Shown piece after piece: positions 48,278 through 57,416 of a DNA stretch of 64,000 bases. The notes beneath the pieces were generated by a model that saw nothing but the letters and a program-made list of their open reading frames with translations, was not told where the DNA came from and ran no database searches. Positions within the stretch are counted from its first letter, which is position 1, and the number at the start of each line of letters is the position of its first letter. The position numbers were made by a program, and so were the translations under genes. Where the stretch lies: NCBI GenBank assembly GCA_043727115.1, contig JAYSZA010000043.1, positions 975-64,974 on the forward strand. The letters run 5' to 3'. Source of the DNA: Candidatus Saccharimonadota bacterium (GTDB taxonomy: Bacteria > Patescibacteriota > Saccharimonadia > Saccharimonadales > SZUA-47).

Positions 48278-50290
48278 CTATTCAACCGTTACAGATTTTG
48301 CCAGGTTGCGCGGCTTGTCTATGTCGCGCCCTAGATCCTTGGCAGTGTGGTAGGCGAATAGGTGCGTTACAACGGCTGATAGGATTGGCTGGAGTTGTTC
48401 GGGAACTTTCGGAATCACAATAAAGTCATCTGCAAGTTTTGCGGCTTCCGACTTAGCATCGTCGACTATGGCGACTAGTGGTCCGCCGCGGGCCTTTATT
48501 TCTTGCATGTTGCTGAGTGATTTTTCCGCAACGTCATTTGTGAGTGCTAACGCAAAAGTAGGGAAGTTTTTGTCAATTAACGCCAAAGGCCCGTGTTTCA
48601 TTTCTCCACCAGCAAAGCCTTCGGCGTGAATGTAGCTGATTTCTTTGAGCTTGAGCGCGCCCTCCAAAGCTACAGGATAGGCATAACGGCGACCAATACA
48701 TAGGAAATTTGGGTGATGTGAATATTTTCTGGCGATTTTGGCAATTTGTTCTTCGTTTTCTAACACTTTTTCTATCTGTTTTGGTAAATCATCCAGGGCG
48801 TGCAGTAAAGTAGAGTATTCCGGGTAGTTTTTGGACAAAGAAAGCGCAATTAGGAGTAGAACCGTGACTTGGGCGATGAATGCTTTGGTGCTGGCCACGG
48901 CCTTCTCTTGACCAGCGTGACAGTAAACACCCGCGTCAGTTAGGCGCGACAGAGTAGAGCCTGTTGAATTAATCACACCAAGTTTGAGTATGCCTGTTCC
49001 TTCTAATTTCTTCAGCGCCGCAATTACATCAGCAGTTTCACCGGATTGTGAGACAACTAATACAGCAGTACTTCTAGAAAGGGGCTCAGAACGGTAGCGG
49101 AACTCACTGGCTTGTTGAATCTCTACAGGAATTCCAGCGATTTCTTCTATTAAATATTCACCCACCATTCCGGCGTAGAGTGAGGTTCCGCAGGCAAGTA
49201 TTACTATGCGGTCGATGAACTGAAGCTGGGTTTGTACTAGCTCCAAGCCTCCGAGTTTGACTAAATTTTCTTCCACACGTAATCGCCCAAGCATTGCAGA
49301 GCGAACTGTTTGTGGAGCTTCGTGCATTTCTTTGGACATAAAGTCAGGGTATTCGCCCGTGTCAGAGGTGCTAGATTCTAATTCGATGTGTTCTGACGGT
49401 CTGTGTAATCGTTCCTTGGTGTTGCCATCGATAACTCGGTAGCCGCCCTGTGTCACAATCGCTATGTCGTTGTCTTGTAGAAACACGACTTCTTGAGTGT
49501 GTGGGGCCATTGGTATCGCGTCTGAACCAATAAACATTTCACCTTTGCCAACGCCGATTGCAAGCGGGCTAGATAGTTTAGCGCAGTAGATAGTGTCTGG
49601 TTGGTTGGTGGTAATCATCACAATGCCGTATGCGCCGCGTAATGCGTCTATAGTTGCGATAAATGCCTGCTCTACATCACCAAGTTTCTGAAAATGATAG
49701 TGAACTAGATTCGGAATAACTTCCGTGTCTGTGTCAGAGTAGAATTTGTAACCTTTCGGCTCTAGAAATTTTTTGATGTCTTGGTAGTTTTCGATGATAC
49801 CGTTATGGATAACACTGAATTCACCAGATTTGTCGTGGTGCGGGTGAGCATTTTTGTGTAGAACGCTTCCATGTGTGGCCCACCGTGTATGTCCTATTCC
49901 AACCTCACACACAGAGCCAGACTGTCTGCTCTCAGGTGACGCCTGAGACACCACAGTCTTCTCGGCCCCTTCCGCCTTACTCACTTGCGATGCGCGCTGC
50001 ATCGTACCCGATGTACGACTTGCTTGCGCTTCTCGTGAGTAGGGCGAAATTGGCTCGAGCTCTGAGTGTGAGGCGTCAAGCCATGTAGGAATAGAGTCTT
50101 CTAGTGACGCTTTCTCAAGCTCCTTGCGGAGGGCTTCGACGCGACCGACAACCTTGGTTGTGTTGATTCTTCCTTTTTGTAGTTGAGACAAGCCGGCAGA
50201 GTCATAGCCACGGTATTCTAGCGATTCAAGACCATCCAAAATGTAGGGAGTTCCATTATTTTTTCCTACGTATCCAACAATTCCGCACAT
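48278..50290 (-). CDS. glmS: glutamine--fructose-6-phosphate aminotransferase with ~60-aa insertion in glutaminase domain
   Basis: MCGIVGYVG (Cys2 nucleophile), GIGHTRWATHG, and two SIS domains. It is 670 aa versus ~610 typical. The extra residues (IPTWLDASHSELEPISPYSREAQASRTSGTMQRASQVSKAEGAEKTVVSQASPESRQSGSVC, ~49906-50092) form a GC-rich low-complexity insert. RBS AAGGAG. Confidence 0.9.
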   Translation of the reverse strand: MCGIVGYVGKNNGTPYILDGLESLEYRGYDSAGLSQLQKGRINTTKVVGRVEALRKELEKASLEDSIPTWLDASHSELEPISPYSREAQASRTSGTMQRASQVSKAEGAEKTVVSQASPESRQSGSVCEVGIGHTRWATHGSVLHKNAHPHHDKSGEFSVIHNGIIENYQDIKKFLEPKGYKFYSDTDTEVIPNLVHYHFQKLGDVEQAFIATIDALRGAYGIVMITTNQPDTIYCAKLSSPLAIGVGKGEMFIGSDAIPMAPHTQEVVFLQDNDIAIVTQGGYRVIDGNTKERLHRPSEHIELESSTSDTGEYPDFMSKEMHEAPQTVRSAMLGRLRVEENLVKLGGLELVQTQLQFIDRIVILACGTSLYAGMVGEYLIEEIAGIPVEIQQASEFRYRSEPLSRSTAVLVVSQSGETADVIAALKKLEGTGILKLGVINSTGSTLSRLTDAGVYCHAGQEKAVASTKAFIAQVTVLLLIALSLSKNYPEYSTLLHALDDLPKQIEKVLENEEQIAKIARKYSHHPNFLCIGRRYAYPVALEGALKLKEISYIHAEGFAGGEMKHGPLALIDKNFPTFALALTNDVAEKSLSNMQEIKARGGPLVAIVDDAKSEAAKLADDFIVIPKVPEQLQPILSAVVTHLFAYHTAKDLGRDIDKPRNLAKSVTVE

Positions 50291-50579
50291 TTATTTTTAT
50301 CTCCTTAATACAATCTTATGATTTTCTCTTAATACAGTTCTTCTTATGTCATGTGTTTACACCGCTTCAAGAACTGAACGCATATACAAACATCTACTTG
50401 CCGTGGAATACTCTTAAAAATTAATCTGTTAAACACACGATAATAGCGCTGCGCAGTAAGTAGCTTCGCATGTATATGGCTACTAGTCATAGTTGTATTT
50501 GCAACAAGCAGTCTTCAATTAACAGAGTAGAGACCATTTGGGTATATAGGGTAGTTGTTAGATACAGTAGAGGAAATAT

Positions 50580-51683
50580 TTACACTTTGCTGTTTTTTAC
50601 AACGATTTTATCGATGTTAGCTCGGAATGCTTCCGTCGAGAACCTCTTGGCTTGGTCAGTAATGGCGCGGGTATTGTAGAGCTTGTAGTTGAAATCTTTG
50701 ATTTTGCCAGCTAGTGAGCTGGACGTCTGTTCATTAAAAAACTCGCCAGTTACTCCTTCGATTACAGTATCAAGTGCACCACCAGCTCGGTATGCAATCA
50801 CCGGCGTCCCGGCAGCTTGGGCTTCTACGGCGACAATGCCGAAATCTTCCTCATTAGGGAATATGAAGGCTTCGGCCCGTGAGACATACTTAATCATGTC
50901 TTCGTCGGAGACGTTGGTTTTGAAGACTACAGTGGGTCCAGCCATATGTTTGAGTCTGTCATGTTCTGGGCCGTTGCCAACAACCGTTAACTGTGCTTGA
51001 ATTTCATTGCAGGCTGCGATGGCTAGATCTAGTCGCTTGTGTTGGACCTGGCGGCCAAATGTAACAAAACCTGAGCGTTTCAGGATTCCATTATTTGCAA
51101 ATCGGTTGATATCGCCGGGTGGGTATAATAACTCACTGTCACGTCCATAGAATTTTTTGATTCTTGCTTGTACGGCGGTTGATATGGCGTACATTTGGTC
51201 GGGACGTTTACTGGCTTTCAGGTCCCATTTACGAGCGCAGGGCAGTAGGATTCTTAAACCTAGTCGCCAAATTGGATTAAGCCCACCGCTACCTTCGCCA
51301 CTCAAGTATTCGTCTGGTTTAACCCAATAGTACAACGTTGGCGTGTAACACATGTTGATATGCACCCCATCTGGAGCGCGTACAGCCTTAGCCTCAGCGC
51401 CTGATGCAGATATCACAATGTCGTAGCCTTTTAGTTTCAAGTGTCCGAAGTGCCACTGACGCGGTAGTGTGAGCAGTTGATGCTTACGCAGAACCTTAGG
51501 TAATCTCTGAAACCAGGCAGTATGAACATCTGCATTTTTGAACAGAGGCATTTTGTTTTTTTCATAGGTCGAAGTGTAGATTGGTGCGTCAGGATACATT
51601 CTGTGAAGCTCCAAAATCACTCGCTCAGCCCCGCCCATATTGGTAAGCCAGTCACAGACAATTGCAATCTTGGGCTTAGGCAT
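50580..51683 (-). CDS. glycosyltransferase family 1 (GT4)
   Basis: 367 aa GT-B fold. KIAIVCDWLTNMGGAERV...FIFPNEEDFGIVAVEAQAAGTPVIA is the EX7E motif. Confidence 0.8.
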   Translation of the reverse strand: MPKPKIAIVCDWLTNMGGAERVILELHRMYPDAPIYTSTYEKNKMPLFKNADVHTAWFQRLPKVLRKHQLLTLPRQWHFGHLKLKGYDIVISASGAEAKAVRAPDGVHINMCYTPTLYYWVKPDEYLSGEGSGGLNPIWRLGLRILLPCARKWDLKASKRPDQMYAISTAVQARIKKFYGRDSELLYPPGDINRFANNGILKRSGFVTFGRQVQHKRLDLAIAACNEIQAQLTVVGNGPEHDRLKHMAGPTVVFKTNVSDEDMIKYVSRAEAFIFPNEEDFGIVAVEAQAAGTPVIAYRAGGALDTVIEGVTGEFFNEQTSSSLAGKIKDFNYKLYNTRAITDQAKRFSTEAFRANIDKIVVKNSKV

Positions 51684-53128
51684 CAGTCGGACTTTCCGGA
51701 GAACATCCTAGCTACTACTTGGACGCCAGTTTTCAAAAGAATGACAATGTCTAACCAGAAGCTCCAGTTCTGTGCATAGTACATATCTAGTTTGCGACGT
51801 TCTTCGAACGGAATATTCTTTCTACCGGACACAACTGCTAGACCAGTGACCCCGGGCTTAACACTTAAGATAACGTTCTTTTTCTTGAACAGATTCATTT
51901 CTTGAGGGATGAGTGGTCGCGGCCCAACAAGGCTTAAATCACCCTTCAACACGTTTAGAAGTTGAGGAAGTTCATCGATACTTGTCTTGCGAAGTATTTG
52001 CCCGATTTTGCTGATACGAGGGTCGATTTCTAAGAAATCACCGTTGTCGCGGTACTGTTTAATTAGAGCCGGTTTGCCCATCTTTGTGAACGCTTCTTCC
52101 GGGGTGAGTCCATTGTATGTATGGCTATGAGTTCGGAATTTGAAAAGGCCAATTTTTGTGTCAAATCTAGACATGCGGGTCTGTCTGTAAACAGGGTCGC
52201 CCCCGCCGATGGTTGCAAGAATCAACCAAACGAATAGCAGTATTGGAGATGCTAGTATCAGTAGAATTGTTCCGAAGAATAGGTCAAATAGGCGTTTAAT
52301 AACTCGCCCCCAGCCAATTAGTGCTGTCTGATGAACGGTTACGGTTGGTATATTTTGAAATAGACTAACTTCTATACTGCCAATGAATAGTCCGTTGTTT
52401 CCGGGCACAAACCGATAAGATATGTGATGTTCCTGGGCGTAGTTTAGAATTTCGTCGTTCTTATCTTGGCTGGAATACAGCTCTGTTTGAACAATTGTAT
52501 TGATGTCGTATTTTTGCAGTTTCTGTATGGCTGTTTCAAAACTAGTGAAGTGGTGTTTTGTGGCAACATGAGCGTATTTTTCCGGGTTGTTTGTAACAAT
52601 ACCGACAACAGAAAATCCTGAGTGTTTGGCATTTAGGCCCTGTGCCAGCTCTGCGGTAATAGGCGTCGAGCCAATTATGAGTACGTCATTGATACCGATA
52701 CCGTAACGGAACAGCGTGCGTCTGACTCCTCGGGCAATGGTGCGGAAAAGCAGTGTTAATAGGAACGCAAACAAAAGCCCGTAGACGGTTACGAGTCTTG
52801 CTGGGAAAATCGGGCGATTCAGTACATATTCAGCACCGATTAGGAATAAAATACCGATAAATGAACCGATAAGTAACATCAATGCTTCTTTGAACCGGTT
52901 TTCATAGACTCTTGCATGGTAGAGGCCAAATAGAGCAAAAATAAGAAGCCAGAATCCTAGCAAAACAGCTACGACACCAATGTATGCCTGCGCAGTTATA
53001 GGCTCAATAAGGGGTCGGTCGTCAAGTTTGACGCGAATAATGAACGCAAGAGTAAATGCGATGACAAGCGCAAAAAAATCTAAGACAAGTAGGACGAAGC
53101 TGTAAAGTAGCGAAGCACTATGTTTCAT
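51683..53128 (-). CDS. polyprenyl glycosylphosphotransferase (WbaP/CpsE-type initiating sugar transferase)
   Basis: 481 aa with N-terminal TM segments and a central domain. The C-terminal bacterial sugar transferase domain carries RLFDLFFGTILLILASPILL...SIDELPQLLNVLKGDLSLVGPRP. Confidence 0.85.
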   Translation of the reverse strand: MKHSASLLYSFVLLVLDFFALVIAFTLAFIIRVKLDDRPLIEPITAQAYIGVVAVLLGFWLLIFALFGLYHARVYENRFKEALMLLIGSFIGILFLIGAEYVLNRPIFPARLVTVYGLLFAFLLTLLFRTIARGVRRTLFRYGIGINDVLIIGSTPITAELAQGLNAKHSGFSVVGIVTNNPEKYAHVATKHHFTSFETAIQKLQKYDINTIVQTELYSSQDKNDEILNYAQEHHISYRFVPGNNGLFIGSIEVSLFQNIPTVTVHQTALIGWGRVIKRLFDLFFGTILLILASPILLFVWLILATIGGGDPVYRQTRMSRFDTKIGLFKFRTHSHTYNGLTPEEAFTKMGKPALIKQYRDNGDFLEIDPRISKIGQILRKTSIDELPQLLNVLKGDLSLVGPRPLIPQEMNLFKKKNVILSVKPGVTGLAVVSGRKNIPFEERRKLDMYYAQNWSFWLDIVILLKTGVQVVARMFSGKSD

Positions 53129-53198
53129 CTATCTGTTATTGTAACATCAAACTGTTGCAGATTAATTACGGACGGTTTAGTATAAAAGCATAAACAAA

Positions 53199-53642
53199 AT
53201 GCGTACAAAGCAAAATACTACCGGCAAAACTAAGAAACTTATGATTCAGTTTGCCCAGTATATGGTTACGGGCGGTGTTTGGTTTTGGAGTGGGTACATT
53301 ATAATCATTACCCTGGACAACCACATTGGTTTGTTTTGGGCCAATCTGATTGGTAACGCAGTTGGTATTACGCTCAACTTTTTGTTAGAACGTTATTGGG
53401 TGTTCAAGACCAAGAAGCCTGCAAAACTTGGAATTATGGCCCGACGCTACATTGTCTACACTGCATTGAACGCTTTTTTATTGAACTATCTAATTCTTTA
53501 TGTTCTGCAGAGAAACGGTATCATGCCAGAAATCGGGCAGTTTATTGCCAGTGGCTTCTTCACAGTCTGGAATTACCTCTGGTACAAAAAATGGGTATTC
53601 AAAGACCAGCCAAAGCCTAGGCGGACACGACACCATGCATAA
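53199..53642 (+). CDS. GtrA-like small membrane protein (second copy)
   Basis: 147 aa, 4 TM. FAQYMVTGGVWFWSGYII...NFLLERYWVFK is the GtrA pattern. Confidence 0.7.
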   Translation: MRTKQNTTGKTKKLMIQFAQYMVTGGVWFWSGYIIIITLDNHIGLFWANLIGNAVGITLNFLLERYWVFKTKKPAKLGIMARRYIVYTALNAFLLNYLILYVLQRNGIMPEIGQFIASGFFTVWNYLWYKKWVFKDQPKPRRTRHHA

Positions 53643-53652
53643 ATTGGGCAAC

Positions 53653-53680
53653 TTCGAAATAATAAATTCGAAATACGAAA
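53653..53680 (+). promoter_or_regulatory. TTCGAA-AT-N6-TTCGAA-AT repeat upstream of LexA-like regulator (candidate operator)
   Basis: Two palindromic TTCGAA hexamers lie at 53653-53658 and 53667-53672, with a further ACGAAA at 53675-53680. They are 36-63 nt upstream of the ATG at 53716, which has the RBS AGAGGGGGGAG. Confidence 0.35.
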
Positions 53681-53715
53681 CAAATCTTAAATTTTAAGAG
53701 GGGGGAGAAACACTT

Positions 53716-54177
53716 ATGGCGAAACAGAATATGAAACAACAAGCAAGTAATTCGGGTACAGGTGGCAAGACTAGACCAACCAAAAAACAACACGAAACAT
53801 TAGATTTTATACGACACTTCACAAGTGAACATGGCTACAGCCCAAGCTATAGAGAAATTATGAATGGCTGCAACTACACATCCGTTGCAACAGTAGCTTT
53901 GCATGTTAACAATTTGATAAACCGTGGGCATTTGCGTAAGCGAGACAAATCCGCGCGGTCGCTTGAGGTTGTCGAAGGCGTAGCTGAAAGTCATGTTGCA
54001 TCTAGCAATCACAAACACGAACTGATGGCGGAGGTAGAAAACAGGTTCAAGCGACTAGAAGAAGAGGTCTCAGAAGAAATTCTAAACGAAGTCTACGTAC
54101 TGGTTGGTGCACTAAAGATTCTTGGTCACGTGGAGGTTGCCCGCGCCTACGCCTCTAGGATAAATGCTTTAAGTTAG
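53716..54177 (+). CDS. transcriptional regulator with LexA-type N-terminal winged-helix DNA-binding domain and C-terminal coiled-coil (no S24 peptidase domain)
   Basis: Residues 22-90, PTKKQHETLDFIRHFTSEHGYSPSYREIMNGCNYTSVATVALHVNNLINRGHLRK...ARSLEVV, align position by position with the E. coli LexA DNA-binding domain ([34 protein letters not shown]...HLKALARKGVI...RGIRLL). The C-terminal 60 aa are helical, with heptad-like hydrophobic spacing. Confidence 0.65.
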   Translation: MAKQNMKQQASNSGTGGKTRPTKKQHETLDFIRHFTSEHGYSPSYREIMNGCNYTSVATVALHVNNLINRGHLRKRDKSARSLEVVEGVAESHVASSNHKHELMAEVENRFKRLEEEVSEEILNEVYVLVGALKILGHVEVARAYASRINALS

Positions 54178-54799
54178 AGAGGTCTTTATAGTATCTATTT
54201 CCATGGTCTCCTAGCATGAATCCGACCATTAATTCTTCTAGTTTTTCTTTTGGTAATCCTTCAAATTCTTTGCTAATACCCCCAAAAATAAAGTTTTTTG
54301 CTTCTGGCCCCAAGGTAATAAGTCCAGCCTCTAAGGGAAGAGAAATGACTTTATTTATGTACGCGTTTCCTGATAGTTGTGAACGGTATAGTCTAGCCAA
54401 TGCTTGTGGAGTCATAAAACCAGCAAGTACGGTGCACATTTCGGCACCTTCCGACATAGACTGTTCAAGCAGATCGATCATTGACCCGGCTGTAGCGACC
54501 ATGAAATCGGCAGCAAAAGTATGTTTACGGGCGAAACTCCCCATTTTTGCAGGTATGCTGTCTACAAACATCGTTACTTCGTGTCGGGTCTGTTGGGTGA
54601 AGCCAGTGTCTGCGTCGTGGAGCTGTTCAAATAGCGGTTTTTCAAAAGGTAATCCACCTCTAACAGATATTGCAATTGATGCTTCTTCTCCTGAGATATA
54701 GACGGGCTCGACTACGTCAACGACTCTCTGGATCAGTTGGTCTGCGTAAGAGCGGTATTCTCTTCGACTGAGTGCTTTGTTTTTTATTGCACCCATCAT
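54155..54799 (-). CDS. upp: uracil phosphoribosyltransferase family protein
   Basis: Start taken at MMGAIKNK; the ORF track extends to 54862. The PRPP-binding motif FAADFMVATAGSMIDLL matches Upp DPMLATGGS, and the C-terminal ITLGPEAKNFIFGG matches Upp IIPGLGDAGDRIFG. Confidence 0.6.
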   Translation of the reverse strand: MMGAIKNKALSRREYRSYADQLIQRVVDVVEPVYISGEEASIAISVRGGLPFEKPLFEQLHDADTGFTQQTRHEVTMFVDSIPAKMGSFARKHTFAADFMVATAGSMIDLLEQSMSEGAEMCTVLAGFMTPQALARLYRSQLSGNAYINKVISLPLEAGLITLGPEAKNFIFGGISKEFEGLPKEKLEELMVGFMLGDHGNRYYKDLSNLKHLS

Positions 54800-55125
54800 A
54801 TGTCTTACGCCAATATCAGCATGCACAGGTTTCACCAACAGAACCATTACCGGCAATAACAAGAAAACCGCTTTGTTGTGCTTCTAGACAAAGTTCGTCC
54901 ACTTCAGCCATCCTCATGCCAGGAGGCAGACAGTTATCTAGCTCAAATAAGTCTCTAGCTCTTTGAATATCTTCGTAAGGTGATGAGAATATTCTGTCTA
55001 ACTCGGCGGTTGCTGCCATAAATTGACTCCTAATTTTTACCATCATAGGTAACTGTAGGCCATAGTGCAAGCATATAAAGTATAAAAATAGTAAACAAGT
55101 TAAACATCCGCTACACTAGCAGTTA

Positions 55126-55854
55126 ATGAGGGTACCAGCAAAGAATGTGTTGAAAATGCGTCGCTCTGTTTTTGTGCTATTTGTTCTAATTACGCTACTG
55201 GTAGTAGGCATAAACCCTAGTTTTGAACAGGATACACCACAGGTAGGGCCACCAGTCGCCGTATTATCTGATTCTGTAATCGCAAGTGAGCTAGCAATTG
55301 ATGTATTGGAGCGACTAGAAGTTAAGGGCAGGGCGCCAAAAACCGGTTATTCCCGAAGTGAATTTGGCGATGGATGGGCTACTGTTGGTGGCTGTGATAT
55401 GCGTAATATTATGCTCGCCCGCGGTATGACGGAAGTAGAACTAGCGACAGATAATTGTGTGGTGCTGAGCGGCACGCTCAATGACCCATACACAGGTACA
55501 GTAATTTCTTTCGTGCGCGGTAGTACTACTAGTAGTCTTGTGCAGATTGACCATGTGGTTGCGCTGAGTGATAGTTGGCAAAAGGGTGCGCAGAGTCTGG
55601 ATGCAGATACGCGCCTGCGTCTAGCCAATGACTCATTAAATTTACTTGCAGTTGATGGTCCAACAAATCAGGAAAAAGGCGACGGAGACGCAGCTACTTG
55701 GCTCCCGCCCAACAAAGCATTCAGATGCCAGTATACTGCACGCCAAATAGCTGTGAAGTCGAAATATAGTTTGTGGGTGACAGAAGCAGAAAAGTCCGCC
55801 ATGAAAAGGGTACTAAATGGTTGTGGAGAACAGGTATTGCCGGTACTAAGTTGA
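55126..55854 (+). CDS. secreted/membrane-anchored HNH-type nuclease (DUF1524 / GmrSD-C-terminal-like)
   Basis: N-terminal signal anchor RRSVFVLFVLITLLVVG. His-Me finger region QIDHVVALSDSW...NLLAVDGPTNQEKGD. Confidence 0.7.
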   Translation: MRVPAKNVLKMRRSVFVLFVLITLLVVGINPSFEQDTPQVGPPVAVLSDSVIASELAIDVLERLEVKGRAPKTGYSRSEFGDGWATVGGCDMRNIMLARGMTEVELATDNCVVLSGTLNDPYTGTVISFVRGSTTSSLVQIDHVVALSDSWQKGAQSLDADTRLRLANDSLNLLAVDGPTNQEKGDGDAATWLPPNKAFRCQYTARQIAVKSKYSLWVTEAEKSAMKRVLNGCGEQVLPVLS

Positions 55855-57311
55855 CTAATTCTAGTGAACCCAAAAGAAAAATAATTCATCCGTCTTGGTT
55901 GATTGCTTGGGTGAGTATTGGGATTATTGCCGGGACATATCTGTCGCTATTCTGGTCTGGATTTTCTGGTACTGAGTGGATTGTGTGTAGTTTCTGTTTG
56001 GGGCTAGTTGGATTTATTAACAAACAATTTTTCGGTGTGTTAATGGTGTTGTTTGCGGGGCTTGGTTTCGGGCTCTGGCGAGGAGGTTTAGAGATACAAA
56101 AACAACATGGTTTTGAAAAGTATCTGGGCACGGAAGTGCAAATTGTTGGAAAAGTTGGCGAAGACCCGAGCTTTGACACAGAGGGCGATATACGCATGAA
56201 GCTAGAGAACGTATTGGTGGATAATGAGCCAGTAGGCGGCAAGGTTTGGGTGTCTATAAATGACTCGAATGTTATAAAGCGGTCAGACATTATTGCTGTT
56301 GAAGGAAAAATAACGGAAGGTTTCGGAACGATTCCGGCTGCTCTTTACCGAGCTAGACTAGTTCGAATTGAACGCCAGGATTATGTTGATGTTGGTCGAG
56401 ACGCGCGTGACTCCTTTGCTGGCGGAATACGCACAAGCATTCGCGAACCAGAAGCATCGTTAGGAGCCGGATTCTTAGTGGGCCAAAAGACTACTCTTCC
56501 AGAAAGGTTAGGAAATGATTTACGGCTACTCGGACTAACTCACATCGTTGTTGCCAGTGGCTATAATCTAACAATTCTAATACGTTTTGCTAGGCGATTT
56601 TTTGAGAAAATATCTAGATTCACAGCTCTTGCAGGATCTTTCACCTTAGTATATGGGTTCCTGCAGATAACTGGTGCTACTCCATCAATGTCGCGCGCAT
56701 CATTAATTGCGGGAATTAGTTTGCTTGCTTGGTATTTTGGTCGCAAGTTACACCCTGTCGTACTGTTATCGTTTTCTGCGGCAATCACGGTCATAATTAA
56801 TCCTTCATATGCATGGGGAGATATAGGCTGGTTACTGTCATTCGCATCATTCATCGGAGTGATTATGTTTGCGCCCTTACTGCACGTGTACTTTTGGGGT
56901 GACAAAAAAGCGGGAAACATCAGACAGGTATTTATCGAAACAGCGTCCGCGCAACTACTAACACTTCCAATCATTGCATATGTCTTTGGACAATATTCAC
57001 CGCTGGCATTGCTAGCGAATGCATTGGTTCTGTCGTTTATACCACTTTCTATGGCTTTGACTGCTGTCGCGGGAGTGGCGGGACTAACCTTTCCAACCAT
57101 CGTTGCAGAAATCATTGGTTTACCTGCAGAGTTAGTTCTTCGATATATTACGACAGTCGTTAACTCTTTGGCGCAACTACCTCTTGCGAGTTCGGAGATT
57201 GTTTTTTCAACGACCACAGTATTAGTTAGTTATATAGTGATTGTCGTTGGGATGGTTTACATGTGGCGCAGAACTGGGTACGAATTCAGGAGCTACAACA
57301 TCATTGAGTGA
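55851..57311 (+). CDS. comEC: ComEC/Rec2 DNA internalisation channel (DUF4131 + competence domain; no C-terminal metallo-beta-lactamase domain)
   Basis: Competence-domain signature LLGLTHIVVASGYNLTIL...ITGATPSMSRASLIAGISLLA. The protein ends at ~490 aa without an MBL domain. The likely start is TTG 55851, overlapping the upstream stop (TTGA). The ORF track begins at ATG 55773, which lies inside the upstream gene. Confidence 0.8.
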   Translation: MTNSSEPKRKIIHPSWLIAWVSIGIIAGTYLSLFWSGFSGTEWIVCSFCLGLVGFINKQFFGVLMVLFAGLGFGLWRGGLEIQKQHGFEKYLGTEVQIVGKVGEDPSFDTEGDIRMKLENVLVDNEPVGGKVWVSINDSNVIKRSDIIAVEGKITEGFGTIPAALYRARLVRIERQDYVDVGRDARDSFAGGIRTSIREPEASLGAGFLVGQKTTLPERLGNDLRLLGLTHIVVASGYNLTILIRFARRFFEKISRFTALAGSFTLVYGFLQITGATPSMSRASLIAGISLLAWYFGRKLHPVVLLSFSAAITVIINPSYAWGDIGWLLSFASFIGVIMFAPLLHVYFWGDKKAGNIRQVFIETASAQLLTLPIIAYVFGQYSPLALLANALVLSFIPLSMALTAVAGVAGLTFPTIVAEIIGLPAELVLRYITTVVNSLAQLPLASSEIVFSTTTVLVSYIVIVVGMVYMWRRTGYEFRSYNIIE

Positions 57312-57364
57312 TTATCTTTGCAACGCACAGCTTGCAATTTTATTATGGCAAAATCTGTAGTTGC

Positions 57365-57393
57365 TTGACAAAAAACTCGATGCGGAAGATACT
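57365..57393 (+). promoter_or_regulatory. sigma-70-like promoter TTGACA-17 bp-GATACT upstream of the LTD gene
   Basis: Consensus -35 at 57365-57370, a 17-bp spacer, and -10 GATACT at 57388-57393. RBS AAGAGGG at 57403-57409. GTG start at 57417. Confidence 0.45.
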
Positions 57394-57416
57394 TCGCTAA
57401 TAAAGAGGGTTAACTT

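Noticed and set aside
49906-50092. Considered an intein in glmS.
   Set aside because: The insertion is only ~60 aa, low-complexity, and lacks intein block motifs (no C/S at the junction followed by HN...C/S/T). It fits a loop expansion better.
50291-50579. Looked for a glmS ribozyme, or another structured RNA, in the 289-nt 5' region of glmS.
   Set aside because: No match to the conserved ribozyme core sequences could be seen by eye (no AGCGCCAGAACU-like or GACGAGG elements). glmS has an ordinary AAGGAG RBS. A covariance-model search would be needed to exclude a divergent form.
54816-55070. 84-aa ORF on the minus strand upstream of and overlapping the upp-like gene start.
   Set aside because: It has no recognisable motif and overlaps the Upp N-terminus region. 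It could be a small real gene or simply the 5' UTR. There is insufficient evidence to annotate it.
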